Positions 1 to 8,896 of a stretch of 64,000 bases of DNA are shown here, in pieces. Within the stretch, counting starts at the first letter, position 1; each line of letters opens with the position of its first letter. The position numbers were made by a program, and so were the translations under genes. The notes beneath the pieces were generated by a model. It did not search any database and had not been told where the DNA came from. It worked only from the letters and a program-made list of their open reading frames with translations. The DNA lies in the IMG/VR virus record IMGVR_UViG_3300040801_001224, positions 62,001 to 126,000 of that record; one strand, given 5' to 3'.

Positions 1-420
1 TGATTTGCCTGCATTTGTGTGTGCTGTTCCAGATGCATTACCCGGTATCATTACATCACTAAATGCTTGTGGATAAGATCCTAACCAAAAACAATTGGTA
101 ATATCACCATTAATAAAGCCGACAATAACTTTTGTGCCGATATCTGGCGGTACCATCCACATGCCATATGAGGTTTGTGTTGCTTCAAATGTTTCTTTTT
201 TGTCTAGACCGTATATACTTGTAGCTCCCATAAATGGTGAGCAATATTGCGCCATAACCCAATTACGTGGATTCTTTCTTTCTGCCACTGAGCCACCTGA
301 AATGTCAGCAATGAAAACTTGTAGACGTCCTGCTCCTTGGCCATCAACGATGTCCATGATTTCTGCTACATACAGTCCATAATATTTCTTTGATGGATCT
401 TTAGTACGACCGTAACTCAT
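1..420 (-). CDS. Baseplate hub/spike protein, gp5-like N-terminal OB-fold region (partial, runs off the window; not in ORF track)
   Basis: Hand translation from ATG at 420: MSYGRTKDPSKKYYGLYVAEIMDIVDGQGAGRLQVFI...YGMWMVPPDIGTKVIVGFINGDITNCFWLG, a pattern typical of gp5/VgrG OB domains. The ATG overlaps the TAA of the upstream gene. Confidence 0.7.
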   Translation of the reverse strand, partial: MSYGRTKDPSKKYYGLYVAEIMDIVDGQGAGRLQVFIADISGGSVAERKNPRNWVMAQYCSPFMGATSIYGLDKKETFEATQTSYGMWMVPPDIGTKVIVGFINGDITNCFWLGSYPQAFSDVMIPGNASGTAHTNAGKS

Positions 421-2429
421 TAACTACTCCCCAAGTTTTCTTCAATTTGATCAGGAAATACTCTGACTTCCTTAACACAATTTAATAGCTGTACAAATTT
501 GCCACCTTGGAATTTACTTGTAAGGGACAATACGTAGTAAAGTCCATTTATAACATTACCTTTAGCATTTTCATTTACATTATAAAGACCCGTGTTTTCG
601 TCATAAAGACCAGGTGGCAGTAGTCTGAACGCAACCATTGGCGGACTGTCAACAAATTGTATTTCCCTTCCACTTGTATCGTCAGCAGTTGGGCCATTGT
701 CAGCAAGTCCTTGGAAAGCAAATGGGTTTGATAGTCTTTCTTTTGATTGCCCAGCAAGCTCTAGTCTATTGAAATCAACAGTGTCAGTTGAGAATCCCTT
801 GCCCAACCAATCTGGATCACCTTTAATGTCCAATTCAATTTTAATTAGGTCACCGCTTTGCATTGATTGTGACAGCAACGAGTTAAAGAATGATCTATCC
901 CCAGTTGATGTTGATTCTAAGTTATGCATCATACCATCTGGATTTTTTCCTGTTGATGCGAGTATTTCTGTTTCAGTCCCGCCATTTTCTAAACAACTAG
1001 CGATGAGTTTTTCTGTTCTCTTCTTATCCCTTTCCTGTTCGTCAGCAATGTTGATGTTTTCTGCCCCTTGTGCATTTTGGGCATCTTTATTCCTAAGTGT
1101 AGATGTAAATGGAATTAGGAATGCTGTATTAAAGTTTAAATCAAAGTCATTCACTTGATCGTTTCGTCCAGTGAAAATGTAATCATATCTTTTTCTGACT
1201 AGATCTTGTATTTCATCCATCCTTTCTTTTGATGTTTGCTTCGTCACAATGTTCTGGTTGTCGATATATAATTTTGGTGTATCGTGTTTCATAATATAAT
1301 ACACGATTAATTTGCTGTAGTCTCCCGATTCAGTATTTATGTCAACTGGGTCAGATAATTCTCCACTCTCAAGTATTTCAGGTTTTAGTACATTTAAATT
1401 TGATTGCGGTGGAAATCCATTTTCCGGATTTATAGGGACCACTTTAGTGAGTACCTTAAACATTGGCACCTTAGTGACCTTATCACATCCCTTTTTGTCG
1501 TTTATGCGAACTATTTCCCTAACTTCTTCAAATAATCCCGTAACTGACATGACATTGTTTATCACATCAATGACTGGTGTCCCTAATGCCCAAGATAAAG
1601 TCTTCTTACCACCGGCAGAACCGTCACTAAACCTATCGGTATTAGTGGGTGTGTTTGGTTCAATTTTTTTAGTATTGAAGTCTAAATTTTTTAAATTTGG
1701 ATCCACATGTATGTAGTATTTGTTTTTGTAAATCCTCTTGTTAGCGTTTGACTTATTTGTGTTTACGTTAGGATCAGCACCCACGTTCATCAACTTCTCT
1801 AACTCGTTGAACACAGCACCGGCACTGTCAATATCTCCTTCAGGTTGGAAGTCCTGCGGTAGTGTGCCGTGTGAATCCGAGTATCCAAGGTCGTCATAAA
1901 TCAATGCTTCAAAGTCATATGATGCACCACTTGAATTAACATTCAGTGAAACATTTTTAACAATGATTGGATAGATCCATCTGCGATCAAGCCTTGTTGG
2001 CAACGACTCGGGTTGTGATCTACCCAAGAAAGATAGGTCCATCAAATATGAACATTTAACAAAGGAATCATTCCCAAGTACCTGTGCCGCCAATTTCATT
2101 TCATCAAAAAAGGTAGCAGAGCTTGGTTCAATGATTGTGAAATTCAAAACTGTTGCCGTTCCGGTTTTTGTTTCTTCGGAATGTGAAGGATAATATTGTA
2201 ACTCAACATTGTCAATAGCAACTCGACTTGCTCCTGTTTCAGCAAGTAGGATTGGATCTGTTACTGAGTTAGGTTTTGAGTTAGGATCGATAGTTGAAAT
2301 ATCTGTATATCCACCATTAAACCCTGGAACTTGGACTCTACCCTTTTCACGAAACATAAAGAATCGGAAATGGTAAGTTGGACTATCCACTGAGTCAAGA
2401 ATATTATCGGTAATTTTGTCAAATGCCAT
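420..2429 (-). CDS. Large baseplate hub / tail-associated protein (gp27-like position)
   Basis: Long ORF between gp53-like and gp5-like genes; C-terminal IKIELDIKGDPDWLG and GLYYVLSLTSKFQGGKFVQ resemble hub proteins. Likely start MAFDKI at 2429, since the ORF-track start overlaps the upstream gene. Confidence 0.5.
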   Translation of the reverse strand: MAFDKITDNILDSVDSPTYHFRFFMFREKGRVQVPGFNGGYTDISTIDPNSKPNSVTDPILLAETGASRVAIDNVELQYYPSHSEETKTGTATVLNFTIIEPSSATFFDEMKLAAQVLGNDSFVKCSYLMDLSFLGRSQPESLPTRLDRRWIYPIIVKNVSLNVNSSGASYDFEALIYDDLGYSDSHGTLPQDFQPEGDIDSAGAVFNELEKLMNVGADPNVNTNKSNANKRIYKNKYYIHVDPNLKNLDFNTKKIEPNTPTNTDRFSDGSAGGKKTLSWALGTPVIDVINNVMSVTGLFEEVREIVRINDKKGCDKVTKVPMFKVLTKVVPINPENGFPPQSNLNVLKPEILESGELSDPVDINTESGDYSKLIVYYIMKHDTPKLYIDNQNIVTKQTSKERMDEIQDLVRKRYDYIFTGRNDQVNDFDLNFNTAFLIPFTSTLRNKDAQNAQGAENINIADEQERDKKRTEKLIASCLENGGTETEILASTGKNPDGMMHNLESTSTGDRSFFNSLLSQSMQSGDLIKIELDIKGDPDWLGKGFSTDTVDFNRLELAGQSKERLSNPFAFQGLADNGPTADDTSGREIQFVDSPPMVAFRLLPPGLYDENTGLYNVNENAKGNVINGLYYVLSLTSKFQGGKFVQLLNCVKEVRVFPDQIEENLGSS

Positions 2430-2433
2430 TGTG

Positions 2434-2730
2434 TTATGTTCTGTTTCCGCCTCTTGCAGGAACCCATATTTGTGTGCCAGCAAGGAAATCGTTTATTGGA
2501 TCAATTAATATATCTTTGTTACGCATAGCAAGTCTCCACCAAAGTGTGGAGTCACCAAAATGATCATACGCAAACAAGTCAGGACGTCTGTCATACTTTG
2601 ACTCAATAGTAACTTGCTCGTCATCATCAGTAGGCTCAATCTCTAAATTGTCAGCATTCCAAATATCTAAATAGAAGTCTGTAATTTCGGTATCTTTATA
2701 TCGACTGTTAGTTCCGTAAATATTTGCCAT
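2434..2730 (-). CDS. Baseplate wedge protein, gp53/LysM-like
   Basis: KYDRRPDLFAYDHFGDSTLWWRLAMRNKDILIDPINDFLAGTQIWVP matches the gp53/LysM-like pattern. Confidence 0.65.
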   Translation of the reverse strand: MANIYGTNSRYKDTEITDFYLDIWNADNLEIEPTDDDEQVTIESKYDRRPDLFAYDHFGDSTLWWRLAMRNKDILIDPINDFLAGTQIWVPARGGNRT

Positions 2731-3371
2731 TAGATAAATCCTCCTGAATTTTTATTCTTAAGAAAATCACCTTTTCTAAATCCGGATAGGGTAAAGTTAT
2801 CCCTAAGTGTCTTAACATTAAATTGCGGTTTTAATGTCACCGTTATTGACATATGGATTGGCACCCAAGTTTGATTTTCACCAAAGTTTACTGGAACGTA
2901 ATCAACATCCTTTGGGTATGAAAATGCCGCAGTAGTAAAAACGACAGGAACATTTCTAAATTGGTACGCACCTAGGTAGTTAAAGTTATAGACACCAGGC
3001 GGAACACCACGTTGCTCGTCTTTTATACCAAATCCACCTTTCATTGAACCACGTAAAAAATGGGTTACTGCCAACATATATTGTGCTTCTTCATGTGTGT
3101 TCGCAGTGAAGTCACCAGTGATTGTAATGTCACCCGGATCACTATATTGCCAACTATTGAACGCATAGTTTGAGTGTGCGAAGTTCTGCGGATCATATGC
3201 GGCATTCGGTATTATTTGGACATCTGGCGTGTAAGGAAATACCAATCCTTGCGACTTTTGTCGCAATGGATATAATACTGGGTTCTCTTCAGGGTTATCT
3301 GGACCCAATAGATCATCCCAGCCGCCTGGCTTGGGTCTAATCGATGCTCTTCTATCTGTTTGGTCTACCAT
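2730..3371 (-). CDS. Tail tube initiator / baseplate protein (gp48/gp54-like)
   Basis: LVFPYTP..., ITITGDFTA, PPGVYNFNYLG...VPVVFTTAAFSYPKDVDY; baseplate context; likely start MVDQTD at 3371. Confidence 0.5.
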   Translation of the reverse strand: MVDQTDRRASIRPKPGGWDDLLGPDNPEENPVLYPLRQKSQGLVFPYTPDVQIIPNAAYDPQNFAHSNYAFNSWQYSDPGDITITGDFTANTHEEAQYMLAVTHFLRGSMKGGFGIKDEQRGVPPGVYNFNYLGAYQFRNVPVVFTTAAFSYPKDVDYVPVNFGENQTWVPIHMSITVTLKPQFNVKTLRDNFTLSGFRKGDFLKNKNSGGFI

Positions 3372-3425
3372 AAAAGTATTTCCTTTTTTTATATTTATCA
3401 TAACAATTAACACACGTTATAAAGG

Positions 3426-3454
3426 TTGACAAACATAGTGAAAGATAGTATAAT
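3426..3454 (+). promoter_or_regulatory. sigma70-type early promoter for gp55
   Basis: TTGACA (3426-3431), 17 bp, TATAAT (3449-3454). Confidence 0.85.
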
Positions 3455-3475
3455 ATTGCTTATAACTGCATAACT

Positions 3476-4384
3476 ATGGATGGTATTATGGCAAGAGCAA
3501 AAAAGACAAATTATCTTAATAACAAGGATATGTTATTAGAGATACACAAGAGTAAAACGTCATTCTCAGAGTATGATGGCCCTGAGTATGAAACACCCAG
3601 CTACATACTTGAAAATAGAGAAATGGACGTAAAAAAAATTCGTTCAGGTATCTACGAAGTACGTAACCCACAGGAATTATATGACTTTATTACTTCAGAA
3701 GAAGTCATAACAGAAGCAAAAGCTAATCTAGCAAAACGTCTACAACAAGAAGCTTATCAAGCGGCATTAAAATCAAAGCCTGATGAGAAAATCAAGGCAA
3801 ATGAATTTGTTGTAGATCCAGACACGCTAACTAATGATGATCTTGTTTTCCGCGTATTGACATTCGCTCATATACCAGAAGATCTAGAACGTAAAAAGAC
3901 ACATAAAACTGTCGCCGACCGTCACGTTCAATTAAACTTTAATCCCTACAAACATTATGTTATTGATGGCGATAAGTTACGTGAAGTTGGACGTAGTCAT
4001 TATAAGAATGGTGAGTTCGATCCTGAATGCGGCCAGATCACAAATACGTTGGCAAAGATGTTTATGTTACTAGTTGAACGATATGCTGAGCGTTCTAACT
4101 GGCGTGGGTACACTTACATTGATGAAATGAAAGGCCAGGCACTCTTACAATTAAGTCATCGTGGCTTACAATTTGAAGAGATGAAGTCGAATAATCCGTT
4201 CGCATACTTTACCGCGGTTTTGACTAACAGCTTCACCAGGGTGCTAAATATAGAGAAGAATAATCAAAACTTGCGTGACAATCTGCTAGAATCATTTGGG
4301 CAGATGCCAAGCTTTTCACGTCAATTAAAGTATGAAGAAGACGCACGTAAACACCGCGAAGAAATAGACAAAGACAACTTTTAA
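3476..4384 (+). CDS. gp55: Late-transcription sigma factor, T4 gp55-like, with internal insertion
   Basis: NYLNNKDML; KMFMLLVERYAERSNWRGYTYIDEMKGQAL; KSNNPFAYFT; lies immediately upstream of gp47/gp46 as in T4-like phages. Confidence 0.85.
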   Translation: MDGIMARAKKTNYLNNKDMLLEIHKSKTSFSEYDGPEYETPSYILENREMDVKKIRSGIYEVRNPQELYDFITSEEVITEAKANLAKRLQQEAYQAALKSKPDEKIKANEFVVDPDTLTNDDLVFRVLTFAHIPEDLERKKTHKTVADRHVQLNFNPYKHYVIDGDKLREVGRSHYKNGEFDPECGQITNTLAKMFMLLVERYAERSNWRGYTYIDEMKGQALLQLSHRGLQFEEMKSNNPFAYFTAVLTNSFTRVLNIEKNNQNLRDNLLESFGQMPSFSRQLKYEEDARKHREEIDKDNF

Positions 4385-4420
4385 GGAAGACACATTGAGC
4401 AAATTGTTCAAGATTCATTA

Positions 4421-4473
4421 TATTATTGAAGCCGTAATGATAAATAATCATATACACTAAGGATTTAATAATG
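4421..4473 (+). promoter_or_regulatory. Late promoter motif inside an RBS/ATG-sequestering hairpin
   Basis: ATTATTGAA (4422-4430) pairs with TTTAATAAT (4464-4472); GATAAATA (4439-4446) lies in the loop. Confidence 0.55.
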
Positions 4474-5235
4474 TTTATATATCGAATCACGGCCGATGGG
4501 TTAAATTATATTGGAATGGACACTAATCCGTCGCATAAAGAAAAGAGATGGAGAGAGCATTGTCGTCTTGTTGAAAAAGGCGATACACGGTATCTCATAC
4601 ATAAAACTATGGCCGCCGTGGGTATTGAAAAGTGTGAGTTCTCAATAGTTGAAGACGGATTTAAAGACGTGCTGTCATTAGCATTGGCTGAAATATATTA
4701 TATTAAAAAATACGATTCAAAAAATAATGGACTAAATTCAACATATGGTGGGGACGGTTTAGGCTATCATCTTCACACTATGTCAGAAGAAGAAATTGAT
4801 AAGATTAAAAAAGCACTATCAAAATCAATGACAGAGTATAACTGCTCCACCAAATGGGCCAACACTACTGAAGAAGATAGAAAAAAGCTTACCAGGCATC
4901 TTCACAACGAAGAAGTATACACCAAAAAAAGCGAAACATTGAAAAAGTTTTATGACCTTAACCCCGACATTAAACAAGAAAAATATACAGCCATTAAAAA
5001 ATGGCGTGAGGAAAATCCAGAACAGTTAAAGGAACAGAATCGGAAAGCAGGCTTACTCGGAGCGGCAAAGGTTTCGAAAAAAGTCAAAGTAATTAATCCT
5101 GAAGGTGAGGAAAAGATATATCCAAGCAAATCTTCGTTTGTTCGAGAACATGGTCATATTATCAATTATATATTAATGAAAACTAAGGAAGGAAAATGTC
5201 ACAAAGGATGGAAAGGATGGGAGATAAATGAGTAG
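4471..5235 (+). CDS. Free-standing GIY-YIG homing endonuclease-like protein
   Basis: MFIYRITADGLNYIG, RWREH, EIYYIKKYDSKNNGLN; basic C-terminal DNA-binding region; inserted between gp55 and gp47. Confidence 0.75.
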   Translation: MFIYRITADGLNYIGMDTNPSHKEKRWREHCRLVEKGDTRYLIHKTMAAVGIEKCEFSIVEDGFKDVLSLALAEIYYIKKYDSKNNGLNSTYGGDGLGYHLHTMSEEEIDKIKKALSKSMTEYNCSTKWANTTEEDRKKLTRHLHNEEVYTKKSETLKKFYDLNPDIKQEKYTAIKKWREENPEQLKEQNRKAGLLGAAKVSKKVKVINPEGEEKIYPSKSSFVREHGHIINYILMKTKEGKCHKGWKGWEINE

Positions 5236-6250
5236 CAAAACTTTTTTCAAGAAAGCCGCTTGTTTTACTGATCTGCATTATGGCCTTAAAAATAACTCGA
5301 GGCAACACAATAACGATTGTGAAGAGTTTATCAAGTGGTTTATAGAGAAAGCGAAAGAAGAAGGATGCGAAACATGTATCTTCCTTGGTGATTTTCACCA
5401 CCATCGCGCTTCTGTGAACGTGTCTACACTCAACTATATGGTGAGTGGCCTTAAGATGCTCAGTGAAGGATTTGAAAATGTATATTTCATTACTGGTAAT
5501 CACGATTTGTTTTACAGAGAGAAACGTGAGATACACTCGGTTCCAATGGGTGAGCTCTTTGACAATATCCATATGATTGATGAAGTAATGGTTGAAGGCG
5601 ATGTTGCCATTGTCCCTTGGTTAGTTGGTGATGAGCATAAAGAAATTGTAAAGCTTAAAACCAAATACATGTTTGGACACTTTGAGATTCCTGGCTTTAA
5701 ACTTAACGCAATGATTGAGATGCCAGACCATGGTGGCTTAAAGCGCAATATGTTTAAGCACCAGGATTATGTTTTCTCAGGCCATTTCCATAAAAGACAG
5801 TGGGGTGACAATGTTCATTATATCGGCAACCCCTTTGGCCATAATTATTCTGATGTATGGGACTTCGATAGAGGTTGTATGATATTGGAATGGGGTAGTG
5901 AGCCACAATACATTAACTGGGAAGATGGTCCCAAGTATGTAAATGTTTTATTGTCAGACCTTGCAGAACATCCTGATGATTATTTACTTGAAAATGCCAA
6001 CGTTAAAGTTGTCATTGATTTACAATTATCATATGAAGAAGTAAATTATATGAAGGAACTTTTCTCTAGTCAGTATAATATACGTGAACTAAAAATGGTT
6101 CCACAAAAGAATGAAGACTTAACAAATGCCTCAGAGACAGATATTGCCTTTGAGACTGTTGATCAAATTGTTGTAGATCAGATCACTGCTATGGAATCTG
6201 AAAAGTACAGCACACAAACACTTTTAACAATTTATAGAAACTTGGACTAA
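5228..6250 (+). CDS. gp47: Recombination endonuclease subunit (Mre11/SbcD-like)
   Basis: Metallophosphoesterase motifs DLHYG, LGDFHH, ITGNHD, GHFE, SGHFH. Confidence 0.95.
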   Translation: MSSKTFFKKAACFTDLHYGLKNNSRQHNNDCEEFIKWFIEKAKEEGCETCIFLGDFHHHRASVNVSTLNYMVSGLKMLSEGFENVYFITGNHDLFYREKREIHSVPMGELFDNIHMIDEVMVEGDVAIVPWLVGDEHKEIVKLKTKYMFGHFEIPGFKLNAMIEMPDHGGLKRNMFKHQDYVFSGHFHKRQWGDNVHYIGNPFGHNYSDVWDFDRGCMILEWGSEPQYINWEDGPKYVNVLLSDLAEHPDDYLLENANVKVVIDLQLSYEEVNYMKELFSSQYNIRELKMVPQKNEDLTNASETDIAFETVDQIVVDQITAMESEKYSTQTLLTIYRNLD

Positions 6251-8007
6251 TGCTTAAATTTAAAACGTTAACTATTAAGAACTTTATGTCTGTTGGTAAT
6301 ATTACCCAGACTATACAGCTTGACACTGGCGAATTAAACCTTGTACTAGGTGAGAACTTAGACTTAGGTGGTGACGATAACCGGAACGGTGTTGGTAAGT
6401 CGAGTATCCTAAATGCTATTTCATATGTATTATATGATGGCGCATTAACAAAGATACGAAAAGACAACCTCGTCAATAAAACTAATTCTAAAGACATGTA
6501 TGTTACGCTTGACTTTGAAAAAGATGGCACGGAGTATCGATTAGAGCGTGGACGTAAGCCAAACACCTTAAAGTTTTTTATTGATGGAAATGAATTACAA
6601 GAAGATAAGAATGAGGCGCAGGGTGACATGCGTGTCACGCAGACTGTGGTTGAAGAGGTTATCGGAATCAGTCACACAATGTTTAAAAATATTGTTGGTC
6701 TTAATACTAACAGTGAACCGTTCTTGGGTATGCGAGCTAATGACCAGCGTGACGTTATTGAGCAGTTACTTGGCATTACAAAGTTGTCCGAGAAAGCTGA
6801 AAGCCTTAAAATACTATTAAAGAACACAAAGGATTTAATTAAAGACGAAGAGTATCACATTAAAGCTATTAGTGACGCCAACGAAACTATTGAAAAAAAC
6901 ATTAAATCGCTAGATATGAAGTCTAATGTGTGGGTTAAAAATAACGCTGATGACATTGAAAGCACAGAACTTGCTATTGATGAATTAAAGAAAGTAGACA
7001 TTGATGCTGAAATTGAAGCCCATAAACAAGCAGGTTTAGCACAAGAATACCAACGTAAACATAAAGGGTATGATAAAGAAATTAATAGTTTTAAGCGTGA
7101 AATAACCCTATTAGAAAAGGCTATATCACGTTCCGAAGGGCAATTACACACAACTAATGACAAGAAATGCCACACATGTGGACATGCTCTTGATGACGAC
7201 AAACATCAGGAATTACACGAAAAGATAGAAACAGAACATAAGAAAGACAAGGGCAAACTAACTGATGTTAGAGTCCATTTAAACGAAGTTATCAGTAAAC
7301 AGGATGCCCTGGAAGAAGTAGAAATGCCCGAAACTTTCTACGAAACAGTAGACGAAGCGTACTCACATAGAAGCAAAATAGAGTCTTTAACGGCTCATTT
7401 AACAGGCCTTAAGAACGCACAAAACCCTTATGTTGAGCAAATAGAATCACTAAAAGAAGACGGTCTTAAGACTATTGACTACAGTAGTTTAAATGATTTA
7501 GTCATGCTCAGGGACCACCAGGAGTTCTTATTAAGGCTATTGACAAATAAAGATAGCTTTGTGCGTAAGCGTATTATTGATCAAAATCTTAATTATTTAA
7601 ACGCCAGACTTGAACATTACCTAATAAAAGTAGGTTTGCCGCACGAAGTTACGTTTGTTAGTGATTTAAGTGTGGAAATATCAGAGCATGGTCGTAACCT
7701 AGACTTTGATAATTTATCACGCGGTGAAAAGACACGACTTATCCTTAGTTTAAGTTGGGCATTCCGTGATGTATTTGAAAGCTTAAATGGACGTATCAAT
7801 ATACTGTTTATTGACGAGTTAATGGACAACGGTTTAGATACAAGCGGTGTAGAAAATGCCCTACGTGTCCTAAAACATATTACACGTGATCTAAATAAGA
7901 GCATATTCCTAATCTCACATCGTGAAGAACTTATTGGTCGAGTTGATAACATTGTAAAAGTTATTAAGACTGGTGGCTTTACTACTATTGAAGATTATGA
8001 TGAATGA
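6250..8007 (+). CDS. gp46: Recombination ATPase subunit (Rad50/SbcC-like)
   Basis: KNFMS, Walker A NGVGKS, CHTC zinc hook, signature LSRGE, Walker B LFIDE, ISH. Confidence 0.95.
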   Translation: MLKFKTLTIKNFMSVGNITQTIQLDTGELNLVLGENLDLGGDDNRNGVGKSSILNAISYVLYDGALTKIRKDNLVNKTNSKDMYVTLDFEKDGTEYRLERGRKPNTLKFFIDGNELQEDKNEAQGDMRVTQTVVEEVIGISHTMFKNIVGLNTNSEPFLGMRANDQRDVIEQLLGITKLSEKAESLKILLKNTKDLIKDEEYHIKAISDANETIEKNIKSLDMKSNVWVKNNADDIESTELAIDELKKVDIDAEIEAHKQAGLAQEYQRKHKGYDKEINSFKREITLLEKAISRSEGQLHTTNDKKCHTCGHALDDDKHQELHEKIETEHKKDKGKLTDVRVHLNEVISKQDALEEVEMPETFYETVDEAYSHRSKIESLTAHLTGLKNAQNPYVEQIESLKEDGLKTIDYSSLNDLVMLRDHQEFLLRLLTNKDSFVRKRIIDQNLNYLNARLEHYLIKVGLPHEVTFVSDLSVEISEHGRNLDFDNLSRGEKTRLILSLSWAFRDVFESLNGRINILFIDELMDNGLDTSGVENALRVLKHITRDLNKSIFLISHREELIGRVDNIVKVIKTGGFTTIEDYDE

Positions 8008-8044
8008 TATAAATATAGTAGAGGACAATAAGGAAACCGATCTA

Positions 8045-8251
8045 ATGAGCATTAGACCAAATAACTGTGATAGCTGTGGTCGTGTGCCAAGCTTCGTTCA
8101 AGACAGAAATGGGCATTTTGTTATTTGTATTTGCGGAGAACGATCACAGCACATGAAGACAAGAAAAGAATCCATTCTAATGTGGAATCATGACCACACT
8201 GGCTTTAAACAGCCAGAATGGACTAAGGATGCCAATGACCATAACTGGTGA
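8045..8251 (+). CDS. Small Zn-ribbon protein, Lar (restriction alleviation)-like
   Basis: CDSCG...CICG...ESILMWN; likely start MSIRPN after AAGGA. Confidence 0.45.
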   Translation: MSIRPNNCDSCGRVPSFVQDRNGHFVICICGERSQHMKTRKESILMWNHDHTGFKQPEWTKDANDHNW

Positions 8252-8767
8252 TTAGAATTTATACTTAGATTCCCAACCTTCAGTAAGGGCTCTCTTGTTA
8301 GGGAGCCTTTTCTTTTGGATACGTGATATGCTGTACTTCTTTTCTAGTTCCGTTTCCGGCTTTAATTTGAACTTCATGTTAGCGATCATACCATTATAAT
8401 AAGCTGGTGTGCCATCCGGGAGAGTAGCTCTGAGTACGTCTTCAACAATCTGTAATTCTACTTCCCTATAATGTAGTGAAGCTTTGGATTCGTGAAGTGA
8501 TTCAATTAGGAATGTGAATTGTTCTTTTCCCCTCTTTTCAATCTCCTCCTTCAACCATTTGGACGAGCTACAATAAGACTTCCAATCAGATTCCTTGATT
8601 ACACGTTTGCGGTTCTTGCGACCTTTCACTATTTTACGGCGAGTACTGAAGAAGAATTTTTTTCCAATATACTGCATGCCAGTTTCATTATCAATTATTC
8701 GATAGATGAAACCAACCCAATCTTCTATATTAAATTCTCTGGGATATTCCCAATGACCCATATCCAT
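8252..8767 (-). CDS. GIY-YIG nuclease, T4 endonuclease II (DenA)-like
   Basis: GFIYRIIDNETGMQYIGKKFF, ESDWKSYCSSS, REVELQ..DVL, YYNGMI. Confidence 0.75.
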   Translation of the reverse strand: MDMGHWEYPREFNIEDWVGFIYRIIDNETGMQYIGKKFFFSTRRKIVKGRKNRKRVIKESDWKSYCSSSKWLKEEIEKRGKEQFTFLIESLHESKASLHYREVELQIVEDVLRATLPDGTPAYYNGMIANMKFKLKPETELEKKYSISRIQKKRLPNKRALTEGWESKYKF

Positions 8768-8861
8768 ATATTGTATTTATGTGACCAAGAAATAGTGGTG
8801 CTCTGTTCCTGGCACAGATATATACCGGTATAATTACTACAAAAATATTACTAAATAATAC

Positions 8862-8890
8862 TTGACAAAACACATTTTATACCGTATAAT
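8862..8890 (+). promoter_or_regulatory. sigma70-type promoter with no ORF downstream
   Basis: TTGACA (8862-8867), 17 bp, TATAAT (8885-8890). Confidence 0.85.
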
Positions 8891-8896
8891 AGATAT

